Assembly: GCA_951406725.2 (NCBI GenBank)
Contig: OX597824.1
Location: 62,806,001-62,870,000, forward strand
Source: Octopus vulgaris
Lineage: Eukaryota
Length of the DNA stretch: 64,000 nt
Reading direction: 5' to 3'
The number at the start of each line of letters is the position of its first letter. Positions within the stretch are counted from its first letter, which is position 1. Below are positions 32,047 to 46,182 of this stretch, in pieces. Made by a program: the position numbers and the translations under genes. The notes beneath the pieces were generated by a model. It worked only from the letters and a program-made list of their open reading frames with translations. It made no database searches and was not told where the DNA came from.

Positions 32047-33004
32047 TGCGTGCGTGTGCGTTTATGTTCAAAATTGTGTTTTAAAAAAGTAATAGTCCGG
32101 AACACAGTTATCTGCAAAATCATTCATCAATTTTCGTTCTTCATTTGGTTGAACAGATATATTATATTTAAATGACGCAGAATGTTAATCGAAATTGAAA
32201 GGAAAAATGCCAATTTTCTTCTGGATTATCGGGAGCAATTACTTCCTTTTGCCATAAGGATTGTGAAATATAAAAGTTCATCCAGCATGTCATACCTTCA
32301 GACTGATTGAGTATGATTGCAAGTCGATGTTCTCACATCCCTTTAAACATTTCTGATAATGCATTTTTCTTTCATTGCATATATATTGTATTGGCAATTT
32401 GACAAAATTTTTGGTTAGGTTGCTCTCAACAACAAATGTGCGGAATAAATTCAAAAAATAAAATAAAATAAAATAAAATAATCACAACATTCATATCAAT
32501 TTGTAAATATTTTCTTCAATCTCTTGTCAAGCTATAAATTCCTTAATTCAATATCAATTTCCCAACCTGAATTACAAAAATTGCTGTTTGCAACTGAAGA
32601 TACGCTATTTCAATAAATAAAATTGAGGCACTAAGGGAATATAGATCGGTAGAAAATGCAATGTGCTGTCCACGTTTTTGTCTAATGGAAATTTATATTC
32701 AGAGTTGACAAATGTAACAGCTAATTTATACGTCTACACTTCAAAAAATATTACGTATATTCTACTGCGAAAAAGAAAACGGGGTTAAATTATTTCTAAA
32801 GTAAGCATAACTTTTCTATACTTAAACGCGAAAACCTCAACATGTACCCTTGGAAATATATCAAAATTTAGACAATTGAGAAGATTTATCGCTTGTAACT
32901 TAGAAGAATTCTTGTAAATATTGATTTCAGTAAAGTCCACAATTTATTTCACAACTTGTGAGATTTCCATTCCGGTTATACGTTGTCTGGCGTAAACATG
33001 TCTC

Positions 33005-33037
<33 letters not shown>

Positions 33038-33106
33038 TCATACACGCACACACACACGTATATGCGTGTGGTGCGTGGTGGGACACAATATGTTTTATGT
33101 ATATGT

Positions 33107-33883
33107 ATATCCTGAAGAGAAGATGGGTCCAATGCTGGTTCCTAGCTTCGAAATTGCAATAGAGGACTAACATTTTCTTTTTATTTAGATTTTGAATTTT
33201 ATATGCCATGTGGCTCGCGGACAGGGTTTATAGTTGAGGAGATATAATATGAGTGATTATAGTGGCTTTATGGCGCTTTTGACAGCTATTTCTAGGCATG
33301 TAAGAGTTTTTAACCCTCTCCATTATATTTGTGATCTTTGACAATGATTGCACTATTCTTTTATGAAATATTTTTTGATTGCATGTTCTGGCCACTGATA
33401 TATTCGTGAATAATTTTGGATTGTCTACAATAAATCTTGCGTAAAGTATTTTTACATTCATTCCTCTTTTATTATTTATTTTTCACCCATATCTGCTTCT
33501 TCGCTCTGACTCGTTTTTACTGGGTACTAACTTATAGACGCTATGCATGACGTTTGATTTCAGAATTTGAATTGTGTACATAGACGTTGACACATTATTC
33601 TTGCCTTGCCGGTCGGGAAACGTTAAGCCCCAAGGTAAATTTTTCGGGTAAAAATCTATATACGGAATGTTCTCCTGAAGATAAGAATGGTATCACTGCT
33701 GGTTCCTAACTTCGAAATTGCAATAGGGGGCTGATCTTTTATTTTTATCTATGTTTTGAATACTATACGTCATGTCGCTAGCGGGAATGGTTTATAGTTT
33801 AGGAGATATAATATCAATTACCATATTGGTCCTATGGCGGTTTTTGATTGCTATTTCTAGGCATGTAAGTGTTTTTAACCCTC
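33107..33883 (+). mobile_element. Two ~210-bp direct repeats (33107-33318, 33670-33883), each starting with a hammerhead motif
   Basis: CTGAAGA GAAG..CTTC GAAA TTGCAA TA GAGG and TTCTC CTGAAGA TAAG..CTTC GAAA TTGCAA TA GGGGG. The downstream sequence is alignable to GCTATTTCTAGGCATGTAAG.GTTTTTAACCCTC. Confidence 0.75.
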
Positions 33884-33921
33884 ACTACACGTATTGCACG
33901 CTTCCTATATATATATATATA

Positions 33922-34520
33922 TTAGACTACCCGTGACGCGTTGGATCACTGGAAAGTCTGAGTTTCCCAACGACGGGATTTTGTTTCGTGGGTTTTCTCT
34001 TTTTCCTGTGACAACGAATGTGACATTGAAATCACGCATAAACCGCCACTTTCTTCAGAAAAGGAAATATTTGGCTGCTATTTTTCCACTCTTCTTGTCA
34101 CGTAACTGGTATTTCGGGTCGTTTATAGCAAATAGTTATTACGAGGTGGAAGGGGGTGCTAGAAATAACAGTCAAATCTTTGGAGGTACGATACGTTGAA
34201 TGCACTCTAAAGAAAACTATGGGAAAAAAACTACTTCGCACCGAGGTTACGAAATATTTATCTTATTTTTAAAGTCATTTTCACTTTAGAATAAGTTGCC
34301 TATCATAATATGTCTAATGAAAACGCTAGAGTTTCTACACTTTCAGGGTGAAATTATTTTCGGAAGATTGTCCAACTATGCACTGTTTTGGGCTATTTAT
34401 ACTCTAAAACCCCGAATATCTCTATAACTGCTGCTCCGATTTACGCGAAAGCTATTTTATACTGTTCGTATTCACATATCAGTTGATTTACTATCAAAGA
34501 AATTTACCATTATGTGCCAG
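33922..34520 (-). mobile_element. Possible non-autonomous Helitron 3' end
   Basis: The minus strand ends in an imperfect hairpin CCAGTGA..TCACGGG followed by TAGT-CTAA (CTRR) and then T. The 5' boundary is unknown. Confidence 0.35.
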
Positions 34521-34580
34521 TTTAACTGCGTAACAAAACAAGCCAGTAAGCAACATTGAACTTCACTTTAAATAGTATAT

Positions 34581-34657
<77 letters not shown>

Positions 34658-35049
34658 CATATATATGTATGTGTATATATATATAATAAATGCATATAAT
34701 CTTTGTGTGAGTGTGTCACACTTTGGCCCCATCTCTCACTATTCAATGATAATTCCTCGTGCTGGTGTGAGAGTAATAGTAGGCATAGACACGTGAAGGC
34801 GGTGGCGAAGACAGAGGGAGAGAGGAGAAAATGAGAGACAAAGTAATTTAAGGAGAGTTAATGATGTTTTAATTAAAGTAGTAGTATTGATTGTGGCAGT
34901 GAGAGTAATAATAAGAGAGAAACACAGTGGGTATGTGAGTGACAGAGGGAGAAAATGTAAAAAGTTCTTGTACAGAAAATTCTGTGGAACCAAGTACTGA
35001 AGACTATCAATTTTGTTATATTTTTGTCTTCATTAATACGTACATACAT

Positions 35050-35109
<60 letters not shown>

Positions 35110-35114
<5 letters not shown>

Positions 35115-36570
35115 GTACAATTACTCAACAGTCAAGATAAAACTCTGAGTTTCAGATGCCGAAGTGGAAATCCACAACACCATCTCTTCGATTATCTGGC
35201 CATCTGAAAAAAAACGCTATGAAAAAGTACCGTTATATAAAGGGAAATTACTGTGTTATAATTCTGCTACTTATATAAAATAAGATTAAAATTTCATAGT
35301 AAAACACGGCTAGTCATACGCTCACATGTGCACTCGCGGACCCACGTGCGTACTTATACGTCACTATGAAAACGTACACATCTTCACTCGCATTTTTCGC
35401 CAAATATATACGCATATATATACAAGCTCATACACACACACATGCGTACCGTAAAATTCATACATACGTCTATATACGCACAAGCACAAGAAAAACCATG
35501 GTTAAAGGTAACAGAAAAAAACATAAGGAAGTATACAAAGCATAAAAACCACGTTCATATACGGACATGCCCTTATGCACTCATACACACACACGCCCAT
35601 ATATGTACATACCCGCACATATTTATATACACATACATACACACGCATATACGAAAAATGAATTTGCATATACCCCCCACCAATAAAAACCCCTAAAAAA
35701 TGGAAAAATACTAAGTAAAAATGTATATATATATATGCATTCTTATGCCCGCACACACGCACACATCTAAAACTGCACACTCATACATATTCACACACGT
35801 GTACAAATAAATCTATATACACGTCTATATAGGCACAGGAAAAAATGCAGGATAGAAAAGTACAGAAAAAATTATTATTTGTGAAAATATAAAAATATAT
35901 GAAATAATAAAAGGTATAATGAGATTAAAAAAACTTTTTGGGGACATAATATAGAAAGCAAGTTCTATCTGTTTTCTTTAGGGGACCAAAAACGTAACAA
36001 AAATTTTGTCACATATGGGCATGATCCGAAAAGTTCTGTCCTTGAGTTTAGACATGTAGTAGGGTCCAAGCTGCTTTTCCAGATAAGCCATCTCTCCGTG
36101 ACGCATAGACCGCACTTTCCGCTGCCGTTGGTGTATGTAATCTATTGACTAATTTTTCCTTTCTCGCTAGACCGTGACAACCTATAGTCACGTGGTGGGT
36201 TATTTATCGCTCTGTGCCTATAAGTTCAGTCCTGGCAACCCACTGAAGGAGCAGCGCCAGATATAGACTGAAATTATTTTATTTCAGTCTGTATTTAAAT
36301 CTGCAGAAACCTTGCAGGGTCTAGGATTAAGGTAAAAGTTTTTATTTTCCAATCACTTTCGGAATTACAGCAATTGGTGGCTTTGACTTTCAACTGCTCT
36401 TTCTAGCGAGTCAGATATCCTATTCTTCAGGTATCTCTTTTGTGTTTGAACGTACACTGTATTCTTCTCTGAATAATATATAATCTATTGACTAATTTTT
36501 CCTTTCTCGCTAGACCACTGGTAACTAAGAATTTTTCGTTGAATATTTTTGCTACCCTAAGATTTTAATT
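35110..36570 (-). mobile_element. Penelope-like element 3' portion with long terminal region and degenerate hammerhead
   Basis: Minus strand at ~36140-35990 reads YTNGSGKCGLCVTERWLIW...CLNSRTELFGSCPYVTKF, a PLE C-terminus. At ~35136-35197 it reads ATAA TCGAAGA GATG..CATCT GAAA CTCAGAG TT TTAT. Confidence 0.65.
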
Positions 36571-36605
36571 AATGATAATATATATATACATATATATATA
36601 TATAT

Positions 36606-37137
36606 ATTTCTAGTTTCAGTTCAGAGCTGCAGCCATGCTGATGCACCGCCAAATTGTGCTACACTGTTATTACTAAGAGCCTCCTCTAATATGTGGCACT
36701 TGGTGAAGAAAGGATTTTGATATAGCTTCCCTCATTTGCACCTCTTGCCGTGTGGTAGGTTCAGCTGGGACTCTCGACAGAAAGAAGTCCAGCTTTGATT
36801 TAAAAACCGCAACATTTATTTTGTGCAAATTCCTCTGACTCTTGGGGAGAATATTAAAAAGCCGTTGACCCTTGAAACCCAGGCTGTTGCAGTAACTGGT
36901 CCTGAAGCGTGATGGCATTGCTGAGATCTTTAGCACTATGCAGTGTCGTTCCGTTCTGGCATTGGTGTAGCTTTCAATGCCAAAATTTGGCACAATTCCT
37001 TCCAGGATCTTCCAGATATATATTACTGCATACCTCTCCTGTCTTCTCTCCAGGGAGTAGAATCTTAGCTGTTTCAACCTTTCCCAGTAGCTGAGCTGTT
37101 GCAAAGAGACGATCTTCTTTGTGAATCTTCTCTGCAA
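36606..37137 (-). mobile_element. CR1-clade LINE 3' end (ORF2 C-terminus plus 3' UTR)
   Basis: QRRFTKKI...LSYWERLKQLRFYSLERRQERY..IYIWKIL...RLFNILP...FKSKLD is a typical CR1 ORF2 tail, followed by a short 3' UTR. Confidence 0.88.
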
Positions 37138-37893
37138 ATATAGTATTGGTATATCCCGTTTATGTCCATTAGAAATTAAATAAAGTATTTTGACATGTAC
37201 ACATATTTACTCCCCCCCACTGTATAATATATATATATATACGTATGTATGTGTGTGTGTGTGTATAAGCACAATTGCCGGAGTATCGTTGAGATTTGCT
37301 CCCCCTGCTAGCGATATATTGTATATAAGCACAATAGTTGGGAGTTAGTAGAGGTCCGCTCCCCCTGATACTTTATATAAAGGGGCTTGCACAGAAAACC
37401 AGCTAGCAGAGAATCCGCCTTGGATTAAACTAGTGGTAACATTCATCTGCCACATTGATGTAGCTACTCACTTTACTATATATATATATATATATATATA
37501 TATGCATATACTTTATATAAGTGATTCATTGGAGTGTGATAAAGCCAGTATTTAGGTGATGGGGTTAAATCGCTTGACGGAGTATGGTTAAACCCGAACT
37601 GTAACTGTCAACATCCAGCCTGAATTAATGTTTTCCATATGGAAGAAACAAACACGTCTCATTTGTTAGCAACTCCCACACTGAATAAATTATAAAGTCT
37701 AATGGCGCATATCGAGAAATAGCATATGGACAGCAGAAATTCACATAAATACTAGTATACAAATATATAACTAAGAAATTTCTCCATAATAGTACTTCTG
37801 CTTCTTGGTTTTTACAACTTCTGTCTCCCTCTTTCACTCACCATCTCTCCATCTTTCTCTCTGTCTCACTCTCTCTCTCACTCTCTCTCTCCG

Positions 37894-37981
<88 letters not shown>

Positions 37982-37982
37982 G

Positions 37983-38019
<37 letters not shown>

Positions 38020-39009
38020 ATGTATGTATGTATGTATGTATGTATATATATATATATATATATATATCTTTCTCTCTCTCTCTCCTTCTGTCTCTTTTTC
38101 CGCCGCCACGTTCTCCTGTTCCTTTTTTCTTTCTTTTTTTCCTCTATATCCCCCATTGTTGTTCTAAGTTTGTGGTTTTCTTTATAAAGATATAAATAAT
38201 GATTATTGTAAACCGTCATAAATATTGCTTTCAAATTTTTGTGCAAGTCCAATATATTTTCATATTCGTGCAAGCACACACACTCACACATACACACATA
38301 CACACATACATACATTCATACATACATACACATGCACGTGTCTGTATGTGTATGAGTGGAAACTGACAGAAGCATAAACACGTACAACCCACGGAGAGCA
38401 AAATATGCAGCGATATTTCTTTCAACCTTTAATGATAACATACTCTTTCAGTTCAAATCTCGCCGTACTCAGCTTTGCCTCGAGCAATGCAATGCAACGA
38501 CGTCCTGTTCAAATGATTGTTGTGATGTCGACCGATTATACACCATCCTTAGGAACCATCCAGCAAAAGAATATATATATGAAATATAATATGTGACAAT
38601 TATTCGGTTGCAATAATAAAACCCTGACTTTCGTATGATATCTCTTTCGTTATTAAGACAATCAAAAAGTGCTATGACAATGACCGTTGACCAAGGGGAA
38701 ATTACTACTAAGTACCAGTCAGACATTGGGTTGAGGTAATCAGCTTCTCACCCAAATTAGACACTTTTCCAATAGTATAAAATATTATTTTATCTATGAA
38801 AGGTAGCTAGCCGAAACATTAAAGCACGGGACAAATGCTTTGAGATATTTCTTCTGAAATCCTGTTCAAATCCAGCCGATCTCATCTTTGACTTTCTCAC
38901 TTTTGGCATTTGTGAGATAAAATAACATTCGAGGATTATGAGTTAATTTGCTACCTTCGACAACCGCTAAGCCCAAAATTGCATACCCTTTACACAAACT
39001 AGAAATCAT

Positions 39010-39310
39010 CATTCCTTCCCAGCATCAGCCCTGTAGTTGACATAAGTCTTTCGGAATGGCATCATTCGCAAACCCTATGGGTCACATATCCTTATCAAAA
39101 CTTCCATGATTACTAACTGTCTGCATACGTACACAAAGATGAGGGAGAACATAACTTCCGACATCACAAGTACTTTGAGATTATAGGAAGATATTTGATA
39201 CATTCAAATGACCGGTCAACATTAATCGTTCTCTGTACTGAAACCATACAAACACTCTGATATACCCCGGGCTCGCCGACGAAAAGCGCACTTTTCCAAA
39301 CACCAGTCAG
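39010..39310 (-). mobile_element. Possible highly decayed RTE-like LINE fragment
   Basis: Faint similarity to the RTE C-terminal IRM..IPK.L region; heavily disrupted. Confidence 0.25.
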
Positions 39311-39970
39311 ACATTTTATTAAATGTTCTTTTACGTCTATTTACACCCTGTACCAATCTAGAGGTGAGTATATTTTAATTTGCTCCTCTCACGTTCTTGG
39401 ATAAATCACTCTGACACTGAATAAAGCATGTTTTTCAATTATTTCTGCCAGCCACTATTATCCGTACCTGTCTGGTATTTAAAATGTCCTAATTGATAGA
39501 GTTACTAAGGTCATTAAAACCCCACCAACAATCACAAATCAAGCATCACACTAATATTTCTCGAATATTTTATTGCATTATTCTAAGTATTTTGGTTGCT
39601 TTATGTTTTACGGTGCATGCCACCTTCAAACTGTACCATAATATAATATGGGACACTGTAAGATTAACTCATGGCTGATTGATCAATAGAGTAAATGATT
39701 GGTATATGATCCTGGGTAATACTGGGACATTTTACACAGTAAGTATATTTGTATATGTGTGAGTGCAGGTGCGTTTGTATTGGTGTGTATATGCGTGTCT
39801 GTGTGCTTCTTTGTGTTTCTGTGTGGAAGATATTCGAACGGGAAGGAAATATTTTGAAGGAAGAAGTGGAAAATTAAGAAGTTTCCAGAACCTAAACCTG
39901 CAAGAGTTTGAAACTAAGATAATTAAGGAAATTACAAATGAGGTGATAGATACACGGATAAGAATATACT

Positions 39971-40183
39971 CCTTTCTAAAATAGGCACAAGGCTTGAAGT
40001 TTGTGGAGAGGGTTCAGTCGATTAGATCGACCCCAGTACGTAACTGGTACTTGATTTAATGACCCCAAAAGGATGAAAGGCAAAGTCGACCTAGGCGGAA
40101 TTTGAACTCAGAGCGTAGCGATGGGCGAAATACCGCTAAGCATTTTGTCCAGCGTGCTAACGATTCTGCCAGCTCGCCGCCTT
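39971..40183 (-). mobile_element. Abundant tRNA-derived SINE with probable TSD AGAATATACT
   Basis: Core GGATGAAAGGCAAAGTCGACC..GGCGGAATTTGAACTCAGA. Related copies lie at ~38805-39005(+), 40660-40830(-), 41668-41850(-), 50560-50705(+) and 51303-51495(-). Confidence 0.85.
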
Positions 40184-40269
40184 ACGAATGAGAATATACT
40201 GATGCATTTAACAGGATGCCAATTAGATTTGCTCGTTACCACGCTCCCGAAAACCAAACGATTGCATTA

Positions 40270-40650
40270 TATTATCTGTTGTCTTTTAGTTGTTTTAGTT
40301 ATCGGACTACGGCCATGCTGAGGCGCCGATTTGAAATGCTTTAGTTCAAAGAATAGACCTCAGGAAATGTTTTTCAAGCCTGGTACTTATACGATCGGTC
40401 TTTGTCTGCTGAACCGCCTGCTTACGAGACATAGATAAAGCAACACCGATTCTCAAGCTATGATTGGAGCAAACACATGCCCGTAGATATATACACAACG
40501 AGATTTTTTCAGTTTCCGTCATTCAGATTCACTTACGAGGCATTGGTCCGCCTGAGGCTGTGGTAGGAAGCACTTGTCCAAGGTGCCACGCGGTGGGATA
40601 GAATCAGAATCATGTGGTTGGGAAGCAAACGTCTTACCACAATAAGCATT
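40270..40650 (-). mobile_element. Decayed copy of the 7891-type SINE
   Basis: Reverse complement of the head (CACTTGTCCAAGGTGCCACGC) and of the tail (GGCCATGCTG). Confidence 0.65.
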
Positions 40651-41875
40651 GCTGCTAGTAGGGAATGGCTTAGTCGAATTCATCGACGCCGGTGCTCAAC
40701 AGTGACTTCTTTTATAGACCCCGCAAAGTTAAAATACAAATTTGACCGCTGCACTTGACCTCACAAAGTTAACCCGGAAGAAATTCTGCTGAGTATTTTG
40801 TGCTGCATGCTATTGATTCCACCAGCTAGAGATTATGGTATGATCACAGAGGTATGAGAACTATTTTTACTTTTTGTTTTCTTTTTAATGATAACAATTT
40901 GGATTCCTTAGCAGAATGTAAACTTTTTGGTACATAGTATTTTCTACCCCACTACATTTGCGTTTGAATAGGAACTCTAGCGTAGAGAGTGGTAAAGACA
41001 GCAGCAGTAAACAGCTTAAGAACCACGGGTTTTTGGTTTTAAACTAAGTAGCGCTTCATGCTTAGATTAAAGGGTGGACATTTCTCTATGGCGAATAGCA
41101 TAACGTGCTCCTGGGAAAATTATTAAAATCTTCAGGAACAGTCATCAATTTTTAGAGTGTAGTGTGCAAATTATTAAGATACTTCTGCCTCCAATTAGTG
41201 AGATAGCGAGCTCGTTTGAAAATAAGAAGACGTAAGATCATAAGGAAGATAATAGGAAAATATTTCGTGAATGAAACAGAATGTTTGAAGGCTGTGGAAC
41301 AACGATTTAATTGGATAAATCAAGTGCTAACATTTCTAATTTAAGGAGGTATTGCATCATTAACAGATGAGTGCAGAACTCAATGCTGTGAGGTTTGTTT
41401 CTTGAATTTCCAAGTTCAAATTCCATTTTAGTACATATCAGATGAGTTTTCAATACATGCCTAGACGACTAGAGTTTAGAAATATCCAGCTGTGTAATCC
41501 CTCAATTATATGTCATATTTTTCTTTGTATCTTCTAAACTAGACATAATTACTGCTTGAAGAATGAATGAAGACTAGAGCAAAAAATAATTTCTAGCTTC
41601 GTGTGTCTTGTTCATTTGCTACATTTACTCTAAATGTCATGAATAACATTCATAAAGCAACTAAAATATTTGTTCGAAATTTTGACGCAAGGCCTACAAA
41701 TTCGGAGGAGGGGGTGAGTCGATAACATCGACCCCACTGCACAATTGGTACTTATTTCATCGGCCTGAAAAGAAGAAAAGCAAAGTCGAGCCCGGCAGAA
41801 ATCGAATTCAAAACGTAAAGACGGACAATAGCAAGTAAAAATATTGCCCATGAAACATGTATATTAAGTTACATA

Positions 41876-42040
41876 CAAGGGTCCATTGAAAAGTTCATAG
41901 GCTGACAAATAAACTCTCATGGAATGCGACCAACTGAAATCTATTTCTCAACATAGTCCCCCTTGTAGCCCATAGAATTCTTCCATGGGTGTCGCAGTGC
42001 CTGGATATAATTGGTGAAGACGTTTCATACTGCTGGGTGA
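41876..42040 (-). mobile_element. Mariner 3' terminal fragment (6252 family)
   Basis: TA followed by TIR ..TGAAAAGTTCATAGGCTGAC. The minus strand encodes IQALRHPWKNSMGYKGDYVEK*. Confidence 0.7.
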
Positions 42041-42079
42041 AAAATCATCATGATATATTCATCACTGCTACATTGCCAA

Positions 42080-42582
42080 ATGTTCATGTCGGTGAAGAGA
42101 CGGTATTGAAACCTACACGTCAAGCAGCACGTGAAGGTAGACTAACATGACACACGATACGCACGGTGTTGCATAAAGAACTGAATTTTTGTCCATGGAA
42201 ACCTCGTTACGTGCAGGAGCAAAAACCTGATGAGGCTACGCAGACCTCGTGAAGCCCAAGTCCGGATCTCACTCTATGCGAGTTTTACCTGTGGCATTAC
42301 ACAAAAGAGGTGTACAAGACAAAACCTGGAGAACTTGGAGATATGGATTCATGAGGTTCTCAATGATATTCCGGACGACGTCCTTCAGAATGTTGTTCAT
42401 TCCATCCCTGTCTTTTTGAGCAGACTGGTTCAATCCACCGGTGCTTACTTTGAATTATGAAAATTTGCTTTCATTTTTCCAATGTAATACAAAAACACCT
42501 ATCATTTCTTTCAATACATTTGTAAAACGAATATGGATTTTATTACCAATTTATAATGCCTACTTACTTTTCAACCACCCTG
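42080..42582 (+). mobile_element. Tc1/mariner-superfamily fragment of a different family, with right TIR
   Basis: Reads LNFCPWKPRYVQE, SPDLTLCEFYLW and IPDDVLQNVVHSI...GAYFEL*. It ends in CACCCTG followed by TA. Confidence 0.75.
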
Positions 42583-45500
42583 TATACTTGTTCTATCTCC
42601 TATCAATACCAGCTATCTATTGCTAGACCTTTGATCATCTGTTCATCAATTGAATTGAAGCTAAGCTATAACTACCACATTACTCACTGTTTATAACTGA
42701 TTTGATACTTAAACCACAGGAACGAGACTTCTTTTATGAACGTACTAATGCGTTCCTTATATGATAGCAAGTACACATTATGAATAAGTGACCCACTAAG
42801 TGGTCATTTGACCCAGAAGAAATATGAGCCAACTATTCCCTGCTCCACACTTTATCAGCTTAAAAATAAACATACTTTAGCTACCCAACAAAGAAATATG
42901 TTCAGTGTTAGGGAGGAGATCTCTCCATTATTGTTCCAGTATGGCTTAATTGCAAGTGAGCTGCCCAGAACAACATCAACGTTATTTAGAAAGAAAAATG
43001 AGATCATCTTTGTGTTCAATGAAAGTGATGAAACCAACACCAACATTAACACACACTACAAAAATAAATCACTTTCAATGTATCACCTGCAAAACCTGAA
43101 AACTCCAATTACAAAAATGTCAAGAACAAAAGTATTCTCATATTCCTTTCTTTCATGAGAGAAAAATACCAGTGTGACGTAGTAAATTTCTTAAGCACTA
43201 ACAGTGTGTATTGTTTTATCTTTCTTCGGGAGTTTTTTAAAGTATAATTCACGTTACCAATTTATCTGATTCTATTGTAATTACAGATAACGTTTCTTTC
43301 GACAGTTATTCGGGTTATCTTACACCGGTGTCTATTATAGCTTCTTAAAATTCACCCATTATGATTGGATATTATATTTTAGCCACACATGCGATATATT
43401 TTCTTACAATACTATTCTGATAACATTCCATATTATATTAGTCTGATGCGTTATTCTTAATTTTTCTCACTACACCATTTGGCTAATATCTTAAGAAATT
43501 CTTGTTGATACCAAGTTGCATTCGAAATAACTGGCTTATTTTTAGAGTTGTGTTTGCTTAGATCAGTACTTACAATGGCGTTTTACATATTTAGGGAGGC
43601 GGTACTGTTAATCCAATAGTCTGCATATATCATATTTTGTTCTTGTCGTTAAACCAGTTCGTCTTTTATGTAAGACAGCTATAGAATATTACAACCCTAG
43701 TGATTCTCTTTGATACATCTTCTGTTGTGTTTCCTGATCTATTTTATGTGAATTGAGGAACGTATATCTGTTATATCTTGCACATCGAGCAGCCATTTAA
43801 AGCGTCAGCCTCCCTCCCTTTCTCTTTCTCTCTTACCCTTTCACTCCTTTCAACTTCTCTCTCTAATGATGCTACTCCCCACTAGGTCATTGATCGACAC
43901 TTACAAGATTTAGGAAGCAGAAACAAAGAAATAAGTATTAGATCTGGTGATTTTCAAATATTTTCTAATGTTTTACTTGCAAGTTTATTTGTTTCGGTCT
44001 ACAAAGCTATCACTTATAGATGCTTGTGTTAAATATCTTGTGTTTGATGCAAAAATATTTTAAGCGTATGTGGAATAATTTAACTGTAACACATAAAACA
44101 AGTTAAATAAAAAAAGACAACTAATAAACTAAATATCCATTTTTATTAAACGCAATTTAGAGTCAAATGAAATGCCAAAAGTTTTATTAACCATACACGC
44201 AAATGGTATTACAGCCGTTACCTCAAGTAAAATTACTCCACGCATCACCGCATGGTATTTTTTCCTTCGATTTTTCTATTATCCATTCAGAACACAAAAA
44301 TACCCATCCCCACCACACAGACATATCGAAACACTTCATATACATCAAGTAGCAACTGATGATGACAACGGATTATTTTCGTGAAATTTTAGTCACCATC
44401 GATACCCAGATTGTTTATGAAAGTGTCGAAAATAAGAAGCAAAATATTCTCATCTTCTCTGCTAAATAGTATGTAATTCCTCTACTATAAAATGGCTGTC
44501 ATATTTGGTAATTTCATATAATTTCTCAACGATATGTCTTCATATGAATAGTGATTGCTGAATCTTTGTATAAAACTCTAAATGATTTTAATGAATCTAA
44601 TAATTAATTGTACCGAATTGTTTGTTTAAACTTCTATAATTCATAATATATTATTTTCAGCATTATTCCAAATTTCATATGCCAGCTGTTATCAATAAAA
44701 CTCACTCTGCAGCAGGCGATCCTACACCGTTTCGTGCTTTTGGCTTTTACAGTATTTGTACTTAACTTGCAAATGTTCGTTGTCTGAAACTAAATTAAGT
44801 CTATCCCACTAGCGATGTCACGCGAGAGATTATTTAGTCTCGAAACGACGACTCAACACTATATTCCTCTACAATTTTAAAGGTATACAACTTTTTAAAG
44901 AGATGAGCAATAACCATATTGGCAAACCGACATAAAATTGTATTGAAAATTAATGACTCTTCATACACTCGGTAATGTGGCATTTAGAGTATATAAAACC
45001 CTAAACCCATTGCTGTTTGTGCCTTGCAATATTGATTCCTACATGTGTGTCTCAAGCGTGGATATTTGTTCATGTATTTTCTGCCTCACAATCATACTTA
45101 ATAGTCACCGCACTAAACTCACAAACGTTAAGATTACCAGTTTCGTCACATCTAAATTTCATAAATTATATATCTGATGTTTACATACTTCGTGGTGTAC
45201 ATCTCTGCTACGTAGAAACAATTTATTGAAATAGAGAAAAATATAAGTTTTATTTCTGCGTTTAGCCCCGGTTACTTTTATTAATATATCTCGCTCATGT
45301 GTGTCTGCCGCTTTATACATAAATACATTCACATATGGGTGAAAATGTGCGTATATATATGTACATATATATATATACAACACACACACACATATAATAT
45401 ATATATATATATACACAGATATATATGTGTGTGTGTGTGCGTGTGCGTGCAGATATGCATGTATGTACACACAACTTACTGAATGTATTTATTGGCATAA

Positions 45501-46182
45501 TTTTATATGCGCATTATAAGATGTGGTCACACATCTGCATTTGGAATTAAAGAGCCATTTAATTTAAATAGCACTCACACATTATATATTATATTATATG
45601 GAATGTTAGTCCCCGTAATTCAACAATTATTTAAGAATGGTTATTTCGACATTATTTGAATGTTTGCCAAGTGCATTAACGCCATCAATGAACTGACGTC
45701 AGTGGAAAATTGTAATACAAGGTCGTCTCAATAGAAATAGTGGATATCATGAATTGCTTTAATTTATTTATGTAATAAATGATATAAGAAGAACATAGAA
45801 ACAGCAAATGGTACACATCCAGATCCTTTGTAACGAAACGGCCACTAGTAGACGTAGTAGACCACAGATCCAACGAGGATAGCATCTGATGGTTGTTCAA
45901 ATATGCCCTGAAATATCTGTTTAAAAGGCTCCAACACTCTGACTTCAAAATAATTCTATATGTGCAATTCAAACTACTTTAGGTGTAGGGTATTTATTCA
46001 AAACACACCTCATCTGAACAAGACCTAATATAAAAAATAATGTGAATTGATAGAAAATAGCTATATGCATAGACTATTCCGTTGAATCTCGTATGAGATA
46101 GTACCATTAGTCGAAGTAGTTCATGTAGAGAGATACAGAAGATCTGCAATACTTCAACTACAGATTACACTTGTTATAACTA

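Noticed and set aside
42808-43158. 116-aa plus-strand ORF
   Set aside because: It has a non-ATG start and no recognisable domain or splice support.
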